This document shows positions 1-13,810 of a stretch of DNA of 47,199 nt, in pieces. Location of the stretch: NCBI GenBank assembly GCA_034111125.1, contig JAWUXW010000059.1, forward strand, positions 1 to 47,199, in the 5' to 3' direction. How positions within the stretch are numbered: the first letter of the stretch is position 1; every line of letters begins with the position of its first letter. This DNA comes from Paraglaciecola sp. (GTDB lineage Bacteria; Pseudomonadota; Gammaproteobacteria; Enterobacterales; Alteromonadaceae). The translations under genes were made by a program, and so were the position numbers. Below the pieces are notes generated by a model, which was not told the DNA's origin, searched no databases, and worked only from the letters and a program-made list of their open reading frames with translations.

Positions 1-2124
<2,124 letters not shown>

Positions 2125-2165
2125 TATCCAGATATTCGGGAGGACTTTCAGTTATTCCAAAGGGG

Positions 2166-3677
2166 CTAGGTGCAGTTTAACTGCCAGCCTACCTTATGTT
2201 GCTGCCATTTCTCGTTTGCCAGCTCGGCATCGATTAGGGGGTGGGCTTTTAACCAGCCTTCGGGGAACGTTAGCTGCCAATTGTCGCCATCTAACTTAAG
2301 GCTAATGTCGGGCAATAAGTTGTCTTTGCGACGAATCGACAGTAAACAGGCCAAACGTAAAATACGAGATAAATTGAGCAAGATCCCCCGCACATCCGAG
2401 TGAAAATTGTCGAATAATTGAAGGTCGAAGTCCTGACGATGGCTAAACACCAAAATTTTGATCCCTTCCCGTTGTTGTTGGGAATAGCCGATTAGGGGAA
2501 AATAGGCCAATATGTAGGCACCATGGGCATGATATTTTTTATATTCAATATGTAAGCCCACTTCATGCAACATGGCGGCGCCAATCAAAATAGCTTCGCC
2601 GTCTATTTTGCTCACGGCCATTTGCTCAGGCACTTGCTTAAACAAATTTAGCGCTAAGTTTTTAACGCGATTAGCCTGCTGGGCTTCGATATGAAAGTGA
2701 GACATGGTTTGCTCAAGAGTTTGAAAACGCCTGTCGTTTTGCTGCATGTTATCCAACATGCCGTAAATTAATCCTTCACGCAGCGCACCGCCGGATATTT
2801 GCATATCGCTAATTTTTAGTTGCTCAAACAGGGCAATGAGGATGGCCAGGCCACTAGGAAATATTGACCGGCGAGCTTCAACTAAACCCTCAATTTGCAG
2901 TTCCTCGATGCTGCCACAATCAATGCATTGCTGCATGAAGTTAAGCATATAGTCGATGCGGATCGCATCACTGATCCCCTGTGCAACTAAAATTTCGGTT
3001 ATGGCCTGAGGCGTGCCGGAAGCACCCAAGCATTGTTGCCAGTCGAAGCAAACGAAGTCCTCAGTGACTGACACTAACAGTGATTTTGCGCCTTCGATTG
3101 CCTGCTCAAAAGCGGCTTGGGTTAATTTACCATCGGGAAAATAACGTTCTTTGAAGGTGACGCAACCCATATTGAGGCTAACTAAGTGGATGGGTGTCAT
3201 ATCATTGCCAATGATCACTTCCGTACTGGCACCACCAATGTCGATTACCAGCGAGTTACCCTGATTTGCTGACGTGTAAGCCACTCCCAGATAAATTTGT
3301 CGGGCTTCTTCTTCACCACTGATGACATCTAACTTATGCTTAAGGATTTTCTCGGCACGGGTGATAAACACGTCCGCATTTTTAGCCAACCTTAATGTGG
3401 CAGTACCTACCACTTTAATATTAGCTAAAGGAATGTCCTGTAAGCGTTCGGCGAAGGTTTCAAGGCAACTCCAGCCTCGCTCAAGACTCAGCTCGTCCAG
3501 CACCATATTGTCGTCCAGGCCAGCGGCCAAATTCACTTTTTGTTTAACCTTGCCGATGATATGCACACTGCCGGCCGACACCCTAACAACTACCATATGA
3601 AAGCTGTTTGACCCTAAATCAACAGCGGCATAAAGCTGTTCTGGCTGACTATGTGGGACGGGTGCGAGAATATTCAT
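2166..3677 (-). CDS. gppA: Ppx/GppA phosphatase (pppGpp pyrophosphatase)
   Basis: VDLGSNSFH, GTATLR, ISGEEEAR, DIGGASTE, GALREG; lies downstream of rhlB as in the conserved gppA-rhlB-trxA-rho block. Confidence 0.88.
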   Translation of the reverse strand: MNILAPVPHSQPEQLYAAVDLGSNSFHMVVVRVSAGSVHIIGKVKQKVNLAAGLDDNMVLDELSLERGWSCLETFAERLQDIPLANIKVVGTATLRLAKNADVFITRAEKILKHKLDVISGEEEARQIYLGVAYTSANQGNSLVIDIGGASTEVIIGNDMTPIHLVSLNMGCVTFKERYFPDGKLTQAAFEQAIEGAKSLLVSVTEDFVCFDWQQCLGASGTPQAITEILVAQGISDAIRIDYMLNFMQQCIDCGSIEELQIEGLVEARRSIFPSGLAILIALFEQLKISDMQISGGALREGLIYGMLDNMQQNDRRFQTLEQTMSHFHIEAQQANRVKNLALNLFKQVPEQMAVSKIDGEAILIGAAMLHEVGLHIEYKKYHAHGAYILAYFPLIGYSQQQREGIKILVFSHRQDFDLQLFDNFHSDVRGILLNLSRILRLACLLSIRRKDNLLPDISLKLDGDNWQLTFPEGWLKAHPLIDAELANEKWQQHKVGWQLNCT

Positions 3678-3685
3678 AAAAGGCT

Positions 3686-4945
3686 TTAGCTCCTACGTGG
3701 TCGTGGTCCTGAGTGGCGTTTTTGTGGAGTCCTGCCATTTTGCATACGCTTTTTAAAGCGCGGCTTAGGTGGTGTAACATCACGGATGAGATCTTGCGAA
3801 TGATATTCACTGACGCCGATAGAATGCTGGATATATTCTTCAATGGCCGGCAGATTGAGCGCGTACTTCTCACAGGCAAAACTAATCGAGCTGCCGCTGT
3901 GACCAGCCCGGCCTGTTCGGCCAATACGATGTACATAATCTTCTGCATCATCAGGCAAGTCGAAATTAAACACATGACTAACCATGGGAATATGTAGACC
4001 CCTTGCGGCTACGTCGGTCGCAACGAGTACGTCTAATACACCACTGGTGAAATCTTCTAATATTTTCAAACGTTTATTTTGCGGCACATCACCACTCAAT
4101 AAACCGACTCGATGGCCATCCGCTTCCAACCAATCTGCGGTTCTTTCACAGCTATGCTTGGTGTTGGCAAAGACAATCGCTTTTTCTGGCCACTCTTCCT
4201 CTATCAAAGTTAACAACAAATAAATCTTGTCGTCGTCAGAAGGATAAAACAATTCTTCTTTGACCCGGGTAGCGGTTTTACGTTCCGGCTCTACTTGCAC
4301 ATGAGTGGGATTATCCATGTGCTCATAGGCAAGTTCTTGCACCCGATAAGATAGGGTCGCAGAAAACAGCATGCTTAAGCGTTCCGTCGGCTTGGGCATA
4401 CGACGTAATAAGTAACGAATATCTTTGATAAATCCCAGGTCAAACATACGGTCAGCTTCATCTAATACCGATACTTGTATGGCTTCAAGGGAGAATATGC
4501 CCTGCTTGTAATAGTCGATTATTCGCCCGGTGGTGCCGATAATAATATCTACGCCACCTTGTAATTTTTCCCGTTGACTTTGGTAGCCTTCGCCCCCATA
4601 AATCAAACCAAGCGACAAACCAGTATGCTTGCTAAGCAGTTCAGCGTCATTGAAGATCTGTACTGCCAGCTCTCTGGTTGGCGCCATAATAATGGCTCGA
4701 GGTTGTTTTTTACCTGGCTGGGGATGCGTTAACAGGTAATGAAAGGTTGCAACCAAAAATGCAATGGTTTTACCGGTTCCAGTCTGTGCCTGTCCAGCGA
4801 CATCATTACCTTTCAATAGAGGAGGAATGCTGAGGGCTTGAATAGGCGTGCAGTGGCTGAAGCTAGCTTCGGCTAACGCTTTGAGGATTTGCTCATGAAT
4901 GGGCAAATCGGAAAAATGTGTTTCAGTTAAATGTGTAGTTTGCAT
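3686..4945 (-). CDS. rhlB: DEAD-box RNA helicase RhlB
   Basis: [31 protein letters not shown]; divergent from trxA. Confidence 0.95.
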   Translation of the reverse strand: MQTTHLTETHFSDLPIHEQILKALAEASFSHCTPIQALSIPPLLKGNDVAGQAQTGTGKTIAFLVATFHYLLTHPQPGKKQPRAIIMAPTRELAVQIFNDAELLSKHTGLSLGLIYGGEGYQSQREKLQGGVDIIIGTTGRIIDYYKQGIFSLEAIQVSVLDEADRMFDLGFIKDIRYLLRRMPKPTERLSMLFSATLSYRVQELAYEHMDNPTHVQVEPERKTATRVKEELFYPSDDDKIYLLLTLIEEEWPEKAIVFANTKHSCERTADWLEADGHRVGLLSGDVPQNKRLKILEDFTSGVLDVLVATDVAARGLHIPMVSHVFNFDLPDDAEDYVHRIGRTGRAGHSGSSISFACEKYALNLPAIEEYIQHSIGVSEYHSQDLIRDVTPPKPRFKKRMQNGRTPQKRHSGPRPRRS

Positions 4946-5046
4946 AGCTTATAGCTTATCAGTGCTTGCATTAAAAAACAGTTTCTATATAACGATTACG
5001 ACTGCGCTGTATAATATCAGCGAGAGAAAAAATTACGGAGAAAAAA

Positions 5047-5373
5047 ATGAGCGACAAAATTATCCAATTATCTGATGATAGTTTCGAGGCCGATGTTATC
5101 AATGCTGCAGGTCCTGTATTAGTGGATTTTTGGGCGGAATGGTGTGGCCCATGTAAGATGATTGCGCCAATATTGCATGAAATTGCTGACGATTTCGCGG
5201 GCAAACTAACAGTTGGCAAGCTGAATGTCGATGAAAATAACGAAACGCCACCCAAGTACGGCATTCGTGGCATCCCTACCTTACTGCTATTTAAAGACGG
5301 CAACGTAGCGGCGACTAAAGTAGGCGCCCTATCAAAAACTCAACTAGAAGAGTTTTTAAACGAAAACATCTAA
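5047..5373 (+). CDS. trxA: Thioredoxin 1
   Basis: MSDKII start, WCGPC active site, 108 aa, upstream of rho. Confidence 0.98.
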   Translation: MSDKIIQLSDDSFEADVINAAGPVLVDFWAEWCGPCKMIAPILHEIADDFAGKLTVGKLNVDENNETPPKYGIRGIPTLLLFKDGNVAATKVGALSKTQLEEFLNENI

Positions 5374-5387
5374 AAGATATTTTGATT

Positions 5388-5418
5388 AAAACCCGCCGAA
5401 TACTCGGGTTTTGTTTTT
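5388..5418 (+). terminator. Intrinsic terminator-like hairpin after trxA
   Basis: AAAACCCG/CGGGTTTT stem followed by a T-rich tract. Confidence 0.55.
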
Positions 5419-5456
5419 CTTACTGGGCTAAATTTTCTGCTATTGTTAACAAAGAC

Positions 5457-5485
5457 TAGACGACACGGCTTTTTGATGCTAAATT
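5457..5485 (+). promoter_or_regulatory. Putative sigma70 promoter of rho
   Basis: TAGACG-17 bp-TAAATT with an extended -10 TG, about 130 bp upstream of the rho start. Confidence 0.45.
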
Positions 5486-5613
5486 TTATCCTGTTCACAC
5501 CTGAACAGACCTGTATTTTTCGCTCCAATCGAGATGTAAAAAGTAAATACCTTTGAACTATTCAATCAGTTTTTGCCATAACGGCAAATCGTCAAGCATA
5601 AAGACCCACCAAT

Positions 5614-6879
5614 ATGAATCTTACCGAACTCAAGAATAAACCAATTAGCGAGCTTGTTAGTCTAGCCGAAGAAATGAAGCTAGAAAACATGGCTCGTGCT
5701 CGTAAACAAGACATTATTTTTTCCATCCTTAAATCCCACGCAAAAAGTGGCGAAGATATTTTTGGCGATGGCGTACTAGAAATTCTCCAGGATGGCTTTG
5801 GATTTTTACGTTCCAATGATTCATCATACTTGGCCGGGCCAGACGATATATATGTGTCACCAAGTCAAATCAGACGTTTTAACCTGCGCACCGGTGATAC
5901 GATTTCAGGTAAAATTCGCCCGCCAAAAGATGGCGAACGTTATTTTGCCTTATTGAAAATCAACGAAGTCAATTTCGACCGTCCAGAAAACGCTCGTAAT
6001 AAAATTCTGTTTGAAAACCTGACTCCCTTGCATGCCAATGAACGTTTGGTGATGGAGCGGGGCAATGGCAGTACCGAAGATATCACCGCCCGGGTATTAG
6101 ACTTGGCTTCGCCTATTGGCCGTGGTCAACGAGGTTTGATAGTCGCGCCGCCCAAGGCAGGTAAAACCTTATTATTGCAAAACATTGCTCAGTCGATTGC
6201 CGCCAATCATCCTGAATGTTTATTGATGGTTTTGTTAATTGACGAACGTCCGGAAGAAGTTACTGATATGCAACGTCTGGTGCGGGGGGAAGTGATTGCT
6301 TCTACCTTTGATGAACCCGCCAGCCGTCACGTGCAAGTTGCCGAAATGGTAATTGAAAAAGCCAAGCGTTTAGTTGAACATAAAAAAGACGTGGTTATTC
6401 TGTTGGATTCGATAACCCGTTTAGCTCGCGCCTACAATACGGTTATTCCTTCCTCCGGCAAAGTGTTAACCGGTGGTGTAGATGCTAACGCATTGCATAA
6501 GCCTAAGCGTTTTTTTGGTGCCGCACGAAATATTGAAGAAGGCGGCAGCTTAACGATTATCGCTACCGCACTGATTGATACTGGATCTAAGATGGACGAA
6601 GTGATCTACGAAGAGTTTAAAGGTACGGGTAATATGGAATTACACCTTAACCGTAAAATCGCCGAAAAGCGGGTATTCCCGGCCATTGATTACAATCGTT
6701 CTGGTACTCGCCGTGAAGAGTTGTTGACCACTCAAGACGAGCTACAGAAAATGTGGATCTTACGCAAAATTGTGCACGAGATGTCTGAGATTGACGCTAT
6801 GGAATTTTTGATTGATAAATTGTCGATGACCAAAACTAACGACGAATTTTTCACCGCCATGCGCAGGCAAAAAAGCTAA
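5614..6879 (+). CDS. rho: Transcription termination factor Rho
   Basis: MNLTELKN start, [25 protein letters not shown]. Confidence 0.99.
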   Translation: MNLTELKNKPISELVSLAEEMKLENMARARKQDIIFSILKSHAKSGEDIFGDGVLEILQDGFGFLRSNDSSYLAGPDDIYVSPSQIRRFNLRTGDTISGKIRPPKDGERYFALLKINEVNFDRPENARNKILFENLTPLHANERLVMERGNGSTEDITARVLDLASPIGRGQRGLIVAPPKAGKTLLLQNIAQSIAANHPECLLMVLLIDERPEEVTDMQRLVRGEVIASTFDEPASRHVQVAEMVIEKAKRLVEHKKDVVILLDSITRLARAYNTVIPSSGKVLTGGVDANALHKPKRFFGAARNIEEGGSLTIIATALIDTGSKMDEVIYEEFKGTGNMELHLNRKIAEKRVFPAIDYNRSGTRREELLTTQDELQKMWILRKIVHEMSEIDAMEFLIDKLSMTKTNDEFFTAMRRQKS

Positions 6880-6893
6880 AAGTCCTTATTTTT

Positions 6894-6934
6894 AAAAAAT
6901 CCGCTATCCGGAAACGGACAGCGGATTTTTTATT
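6894..6934 (+). terminator. Intrinsic (probably bidirectional) terminator after rho
   Basis: AAAAAATCCGCT..TCCG GAAA CGGA..AGCGGATTTTTT. Confidence 0.85.
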
Positions 6935-6983
6935 GTCTGAAAACCTGCTAACGTAGCACCAAACCCTTACAACAAGTTAAAAC

Positions 6984-8263
6984 ATGAAAATTTTACTACT
7001 TGCCTTATTACTGCTTCCCCCATTTGTCCACGGTGATCCCGTGAGTGACCAAGCCGACAAACTTGAGGCCTAGGTCATTGCATGGCGACATCATTTTCAT
7101 GAGCATCCCGAGCTGTCTAACCGGGAATTTAAGACTGCCGCTTATATTGCTGAGTATCTTCAGGGTTTAGGTTTGCAGGTGCAGACCGGCGTAGCGAAAA
7201 CTGGGGTGGTCGCTGTGCTCGACAGTGGCAAGCCCGGTCCGGTGGTCGCTTTACGGGCGGATATAGACGGCTTACCCGTATTGGAAAAAATGATTTACCC
7301 TATAAATCCCTGCAAACCGGCGAATTTAATGGCAACACCGTACCGGTCATGCATGCCTGTGGTCACGACACACATATTGCTATGTTAATGGGCGCTGCCA
7401 AGATATTAGTTGAGATGAAAAGCGAGTTGAGGGGCAAGGTGAAGTTTATCTTTCAGCCCGCAGAGGAAGGAGCCCCGGCAAGCGAAACTGGCGGTGCTGA
7501 AGTAATGGTCAAAGAAGGCGTGCTGAAGAATCCAGATGTAGATGTGATTTTTGGCTTGCGTATCAGTTCTGGCACTGACGTTGGAACCGTGGGGTATCGT
7601 GCAGGTGGTATTATGGCCGCGGTCGATCCCTTTAAAGTGGTTATCAAAGGTAAACAAGCCCATGGCGCTTACCCTTGGTTAAGCGTGGATCCGGTAACCA
7701 CTGCTGCGCAAATCATTATGGGCTTGCAAACCATCGTCAGCAGAGAGATTAAATTAATAGACGACGCGGCAGTGGTGATTATAGGCTCAATACACGGTGG
7801 CGTGCGCTCTAACATCATTCCCGACCAGGTCGAATTAATCGGCACCATTCGCACCTTGAATGCAGATGCCCGTAAGCATATGTATGAAGCGGTTCCCCGT
7901 AAAGTTAAAGGTATCGCCGATAGTATGCGTGCAGAAGTAGAGCTAACTTTGCCATTGGATTATCAATATCCGATTACCTATAACGACCCCAAGTTAATGG
8001 AAAAGATGCTGCAGACTCTCGTGCGCACGGCCGGTGAAGATCACGTAGATTTAGTCAAACCAGTAACCGGTGCTGAAGACTTTTCTTTCTTCCAGGAGAA
8101 GGTGCCGGGAGTGTACCTATTTGTTGGTGGCAAGCCTTTAGATGTGGCCGAAGCTGACGCCCCCGCTCACCATACTCCGGGCTTCATTGTTGATGACAAG
8201 GGAATGAAACTTGGAGTGAAGCTACTGACTAATTTGACACTCGATTATATGCACAAACACTAA
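6984..8263 (+). pseudogene. Secreted M20D amidohydrolase, disrupted
   Basis: ATG at 6984 gives a signal peptide then WRHHFHEHPELSNRE, with an in-frame TAG at 7071-7073. Frameshift at the A6 run 7285-7290. Motifs LRADID, MHACGHD, QPAEE and GAEDF are present. Confidence 0.85.
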
Positions 8264-8270
8264 GCAGGAA

Positions 8271-10691
8271 GTGCATAGCTTGTTGTATCGCTTAACACTT
8301 ACCCTAATATTATCGCTAATAGGCGCAGCTCTAAATCTTCTGCCTGCGCCGTGGCCATTTTTCTGGGCTTAATGTATGGCTGGCGTTGCACGGTGCTCGC
8401 TACAACTATTTGCGCCCTGCCCTTAGTCGTGCTCGAAGGCCACTTATTGTCCGCTATGGCAATGATAATCCAGGCCCCCTGCTTGCCTGGTGGGGCTATA
8501 ATCGTTCGGTTGCCAAACCCATAATCGTAACCCTGGCATTTTGGTCTGTAACGGGCTCATTGTTAGTCGCCTTAGATTTATATTGGCAAACAGGTGGCTT
8601 TTCACTTATCGAAGCTGGAACGCTTTTAACCACCTTAATTAACGGCGTTACCAATAGCTTACTTGGTCATTTTATGTTTATTGCGGCAAACATGTTATGG
8701 CTGAATAACCACCTTTCCCAGCGGTCGCGGATTGTTGGCCAGCAATTAGAGCAATTCCTTGATTCCCATATCCATGTCATCAACACTATGTCCAAGGCAG
8801 TACAGGATTCTTCTGATTATTCTAGCCAGCGCCTGGCGGATCTCGCTGAAGCCTATCCCAGCTTCTTAACCTTTCTCTTAACCAATACGCTAGGTCTTAT
8901 TACTCAGTCTCACCCTCAAAGCTTGTATAACAAAGCAGCTGAGGCGCAGCAACTGGATATTAGCCAAAGAAAGTATTTTCAACATCCAAAACAGACAAAA
9001 GGCCCATACATCTCCTCTGCATTTAGGGGCAAAGGCTTCGGCAATGATCCCATTGTAGCCATATCCGCTCCATTATTAGATAGCCAGCAAGAATTCGTCG
9101 GGCTGTTAGAAGGCTCTCTAGACTTATCGTCTTTTATCAAATATGACGAAAAATAATTTAATCCGGCAGTGGCCTTATTAGTCACCGATGCTCACGGAGC
9201 CATAATCTATGCCTCTCCTGAGTTAGCCGTTGCGTCTTTGCAGCAAGTTCCAATTAATCTGCTGATAGAAAAAACGTGGATAAGTGCCAAGCAATCTAGT
9301 CCTCAACATAGCTGGCAGGTATATAATTTTTCCCTCGTCAGGTATTTTCACTGCAAATCGCAGAATATGTATTGCTAGCATTATTATTATTTCTGTTCCT
9401 AATTATGCTCGGCAGTCTTGCCAGTGCCTTAATATCCCAAGTATTTTCCAGGCCTCTTTCGACGTTAGTTATAAACTTTGCATAATTCGAACCGGCTCCC
9501 CGGAATTTTCCTGTGTAGAAAATAATAGCCGTGTATATCTGACAGAAATTAATGCATTGGATACAGGCTTTAGTGAACTGAGAACAAGGTTGGTGCAATT
9601 ATTTAAAGAGCTCAAAGAGGCTCACACAAATCAAGCCAGCTTGAATCTGCAACTACGTGAATTCAATGAATCACTGGAGATAGCCCTTCAACAAGCACAG
9701 CAAGCCAATGAAGCCAAATCGCGCTTTCTGGCCAATATGTCTCATGAAATACGCACCCCCATGAATGGCATACTCGGCTCTTGCCAAAACATGCGTGGTG
9801 GTTCGCTGGATCAGGTTAATCGACAGCGCCTGAAAATTATCGATCAATCAGCCAACCACCTAATGAGCATACTCAACGGAATTTTAGATTGGTCTAAAAT
9901 TGAAGCTGACAGTATGACCCTTGAAAACCAGGCTATGCAACCACTTGTTCTTATTGGTACTTGTATTGGGCTGCACAAGCAAGGTGCAACCAACAAAGGC
10001 GTAGGGCTTGACTGGCAGGTTAACGGTGATTTTCCTGCTCACTTATTCTGTGACCCGGTCAAACTTAGTCAAATATTGAACAATCTACTTAGCAATGGCA
10101 TAAAATTCACCCAACAGGGCAAAGTAGCGCTTGATGTAAGTTACCAACAAGGCAACTTAGTCATTCAGGTCCATGACACGGGGATTGGTAAATTTAATGG
10201 GGGGCAGTTTAACCCTCGAAAGCCAACAAGATCAGGGCTCTACTTTTGAACTAAAGATCCCCGCCCACGCCATGGATGCAGTACCAGCACCAAAAAGCAT
10301 TGAGAAACCGGTCCTTGCAAAAGGGATAAAAATTTTATTGGCTGAAGACAATGATATTAATGCAAGCATTATCCAAGATATGTTAAGCACTCAGAAGGCG
10401 ATGGTAGTGAGAGTAGCAGACGGGGAATTAGCACTACAAGCCGTTCAGCAGCATGATTTTGATATCGTTTTGATGGATTGCCAGATGCCCAACATGGACG
10501 GCTACGTTGCTACAAAATATATACGCCAGCTAGAATCCGAAAAGAGCAACATACCGATTGTCGCCATAACTGCCAACGCTTACGCTGAAGACCGTCAATT
10601 TTGTCTAGATGCAGGAATGAATGAGCATATTAGCAAACCTGTTGATAAAACTGCATTGATTAGGGTGCTGTTTAGTTTAGTCGACAGTTAA
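8271..10691 (+). pseudogene. Hybrid sensor histidine kinase/response regulator (TM-Cache-HAMP-HisKA-HATPase-REC), fragmented
   Basis: Pieces in different frames: membrane N-terminus, Cache-like PYISSAFRG..DPIVAISAP, in-frame TAA at 9154-9156, [24 protein letters not shown] joined out of frame to LVNLMGG, and REC LMDCQMP. Confidence 0.85.
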
Positions 10692-10811
10692 ATCAGAGAC
10701 TCGCCTAGCATTTTACGCTACAATCTTTCTCCGATTTTTTCCTGTAGTGGCTAGTGCTGTCCAAATTGCATTGACTAGCCAAAAAACATTGTGTCTTAAG
10801 TGAGAATAAGT

Positions 10812-11297
10812 ATGCCGAAAGTAGCGATTGTAATGGGATCAAAATCTGATTGGCCGACCATGCAACAAGCGGCGCTGATGCTGGAAAAATTAGGGGTTAG
10901 CTATAAAGCGCAAGTAGTTTCAGCTCACCGTACTCCCGCACTATTAAGCGAATTTTCCGAAAGTGCCGCCGACCAGGGTTATCAAGTCATCATTGGCGGT
11001 GCAGGCGGTGCAGCGCACTTGCCCGGCATGATTGCCGCCCATACTCACTTGCCTGTATTTGGCGTACCTGTACGCTCAAGTCAACTCAGCGGTATGGATT
11101 CCCTATTGTCTATTGTACAGATGCCCAAAGGCGTAGCAGTAGGCACCCTGGCAATTGGTGAAGCAGGGGCTGCAAATGCCGGTTTATTGGCGGCGCAAGT
11201 TGTGGCCTTGCAAGATGAAAAGGTGCAAATCGCTATCAAGCAGTTTCGAGCCGAGCAAACCGCAGCCGTCTTAAAAGACGGGGAACTAAAACTCTAA
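10812..11297 (+). CDS. purE: N5-CAIR mutase
   Basis: [31 protein letters not shown]. Confidence 0.97.
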   Translation: MPKVAIVMGSKSDWPTMQQAALMLEKLGVSYKAQVVSAHRTPALLSEFSESAADQGYQVIIGGAGGAAHLPGMIAAHTHLPVFGVPVRSSQLSGMDSLLSIVQMPKGVAVGTLAIGEAGAANAGLLAAQVVALQDEKVQIAIKQFRAEQTAAVLKDGELKL

Positions 11298-12439
11298 TGA
11301 ACGTGCTAATTTTAGGTGCCGGTCAACTCGCCCGAATGATGCGCCTGGCAGGTGCGCCCTTGGGTATGGATGTGCACGCTGTTGACGTAAGTACCAATAA
11401 GGTACTGAATCCGGTCGGCAAGGAACCAGTCAATCTCTCTTTGGACAAGGCAATTGAAGAAGCCGACTGCATTTCCGTTGAGTTTGAGCACATTCCAGAA
11501 GACCTACTGCAACAAGTGCACGCCAGTGGCAAGCTTATGCCGAGTGCGGAGGCCATATTAACCGGTGCCGATAGGGTTCGTGAAAAACGGCTATTGAGCA
11601 AACTCGCTATCGCCAATTGCCCCCATAAAATTATCCATGATGTCGAACAACTGGATCTAGCGGTTGCTGATTTAGGCGAGCACTTAATCATCAAGGCCAG
11701 CCGAGATGGTTACGATGGTTACGGACAGTGGCGTTTAAAAAGTGCTGCGGAACTGCTTGCTTTGAAACAGCAGCTCGCGACACTCGACCTAAATAAAGTC
11801 CCGTTGATTGCGGAGCAGATGCTCAACTTCGACAGAGAGCTATCGTTAGTCGGTGTGCGCTCCAAAAAGGGTGAAATAGCCTACTATCCCCTCGCCGAAA
11901 ACCTCCATCACCAGGGCCAATTGCATGTATCCGTAGCCCCTGCGCCTAATGTGGACGAAACGCTTGTCAAGCAAGCTCAGGGTATATTCAACAAATTAGC
12001 AGAAGATTTGGACTATGTGGGCGTGCTGGCGGTTGAGTTTTTCCAACTGGGTGAGCAATTACTGGTCAATGAAATTGCCCCAAGGGTACACAATTCTGGT
12101 CACTGGACTCAACAAGGTGCCGATACCTGCCAATTCGAAAACCACCTGCGGGCCATCGCAGGCTTGCCCCTTGGCGATACCCGGGTACTCGCCCATAGTG
12201 CCATGATCAATATCATCGGCTTTAATACCTTCTCCAGAGACATGCTAGGTATTCCCGGTTGTCACTTGCACTGGTATGGCAAAACACCACGAGCAAAACG
12301 TAAAATGGGGCACTTTAATTTAAGCGGTGCCAGTTACGTAAAATTAGCAGAGGCTATGCAAGGCCTGGCGGAATTTTTACCTGAAGAACATTTTCCATTG
12401 TTACTCAGCGAAGCAAGGCGCTTAAGCGAGATAAAATAA
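11297..12439 (+). CDS. purK: N5-CAIR synthase
   Basis: GAGQLARM, GYDGYGQ, NEIAPRVHNSGHWT; TAATG overlap with purE. Confidence 0.96.
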   Translation: MNVLILGAGQLARMMRLAGAPLGMDVHAVDVSTNKVLNPVGKEPVNLSLDKAIEEADCISVEFEHIPEDLLQQVHASGKLMPSAEAILTGADRVREKRLLSKLAIANCPHKIIHDVEQLDLAVADLGEHLIIKASRDGYDGYGQWRLKSAAELLALKQQLATLDLNKVPLIAEQMLNFDRELSLVGVRSKKGEIAYYPLAENLHHQGQLHVSVAPAPNVDETLVKQAQGIFNKLAEDLDYVGVLAVEFFQLGEQLLVNEIAPRVHNSGHWTQQGADTCQFENHLRAIAGLPLGDTRVLAHSAMINIIGFNTFSRDMLGIPGCHLHWYGKTPRAKRKMGHFNLSGASYVKLAEAMQGLAEFLPEEHFPLLLSEARRLSEIK

Positions 12440-12451
12440 GCGACTTTATTA

Positions 12452-12488
12452 TTGACATAAGAGCCTAAACAAATAAAATGGCACTCGC
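12452..12488 (+). promoter_or_regulatory. Stable-RNA-type sigma70 promoter for tRNA-Thr
   Basis: TTGACA-16 bp-TAAAAT followed by the GC-rich discriminator GGCACTCGC. Confidence 0.7.
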
Positions 12489-12525
12489 TTTTGGCTACCA
12501 ACACCGCAAGTGGTTTTCTAAGTGT

Positions 12526-12601
<76 letters not shown>

Positions 12602-12741
12602 TTAGTGCAAATTCATCGAAACAAAATACACAGCGCAGCGAGTTCCTATTATTGAGGTGACATTTACGCAACAAACAAGCCCAGCCTAGAATCAATTGCC
12701 ATCATTCAAACTTCATTGTAATCAGCAGCTAAGCCTCATAG

Positions 12742-12766
12742 CAGTTCGACTTCGGTAGTTGGCACC
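12742..12766 (+). repeat. Direct repeat of the tRNA-Thr 3' end (att-like scar)
   Basis: CAGTTCGACTTCGGTAGTTGGCACC versus the tRNA's AAGTTCGACTCCGGTAGTCGGAACC (21/25 identical). Confidence 0.8.
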
Positions 12767-13489
12767 TTCTTTCTTTTTTAATATCTAGAATATGCGCTGC
12801 CCTTATGGCGTCCTGCCTTTCTTCAAACCGCATCCATGTAAATTGATCTACTAAATAACATAAATAATCGGCGAACATTGAGTCGAGAGAAAAATAGACA
12901 GGTGTGAATAGTGGGCATTCATGATGCACCTCCTTACCAGTAGGTTAGTAAAGGTCTGCACTTCTACCTTGAATCAGGGGGCCGTATACCAAATATCGTT
13001 ATCATGCCTGTCCTGTTAATTGTGCGAGGAAAGTCAAAAAAATGGCCCAGGACATTCATATGAGGGAAACGTTTTCACTATCCAAATCGCGCATGATGAA
13101 GTACATGTATTCTGGAACCAATAAGCTCCACCGTGCTGCTGCATGGCTCTTTTAAGCGTTTTTTCATACAGCCTAAAACTGATAACGGCCTGCTTGGCAT
13201 TTTGACATTTCTGCATTAGAGCATCGGCGCTAAGTTAATAGTTTTGAATAGCATATAAGGCTCTAATGGCTGCTTTATTTTGCCGCAGGGAATAGCTGGT
13301 ATCGCCCTTCTCATTAAGCTTTTTTATCTTACTTTCTGTGTTTCTTTCCGTTAGTTGTTGCTTTTTATAGACAAACTCATCAATATCGATGATTAGGCGT
13401 AATTTCAGTGACTACCTTCGCAAGTTAAGGTTAATCACAGCCAAAAATGAGTTGGATTAAACTGAAATGGAGACGCTGTATCGAGACCG

Positions 13490-13722
13490 AGCGAAATATA
13501 CGGGTAATGATTTCGCCCATCAAGTTTGTACTTTCTGGTACCATTTTCAAGAAAATGACTTTCCCATTGCGTACCAAGACTTTGCAAAATTCATCGAAGT
13601 CGCAGAAGAGTTCAACTAAATCACTCATGCTTTTTCCTTTGTAGATTATTCTGTCTTGGTGGAAAGATTGGATCTTGTTACAAGTTCCAGAAAATTTATC
13701 GGTAAACTTTTATAATTCAGGC
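13490..13722 (-). mobile_element. IS982-family remnant (left end plus a frameshifted transposase N-terminus)
   Basis: MSDLVELFCDFDEFCKV followed, after a frameshift, by QWESHFLENGTRK, as recalled for IS982 transposase N-termini. RBS-containing leader and an end-like GCCTGAATT; no DDE domain. Confidence 0.65.
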
Positions 13723-13810
13723 GTATCAGCAGTAAATATGCACAACAACAAAGGCACAACACATGATTAGTTGTACAAAAATTATATATAATTTGCTAAT
13801 AGATTAGATT

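Noticed and set aside
7071-7073. In-frame TAG as possible pyrrolysine or readthrough
   Set aside because: The same gene also has a frameshift and a lost metal ligand, and no pyl genes are in view; decay is the simpler explanation.
10748-10781. TGGCTAGT/ACTAGCCA hairpin in the purE leader as a riboswitch or attenuator
   Set aside because: No U-tract on the sense strand, the leader is too short, and no purine, ZTP or PRPP aptamer motif is recognisable.
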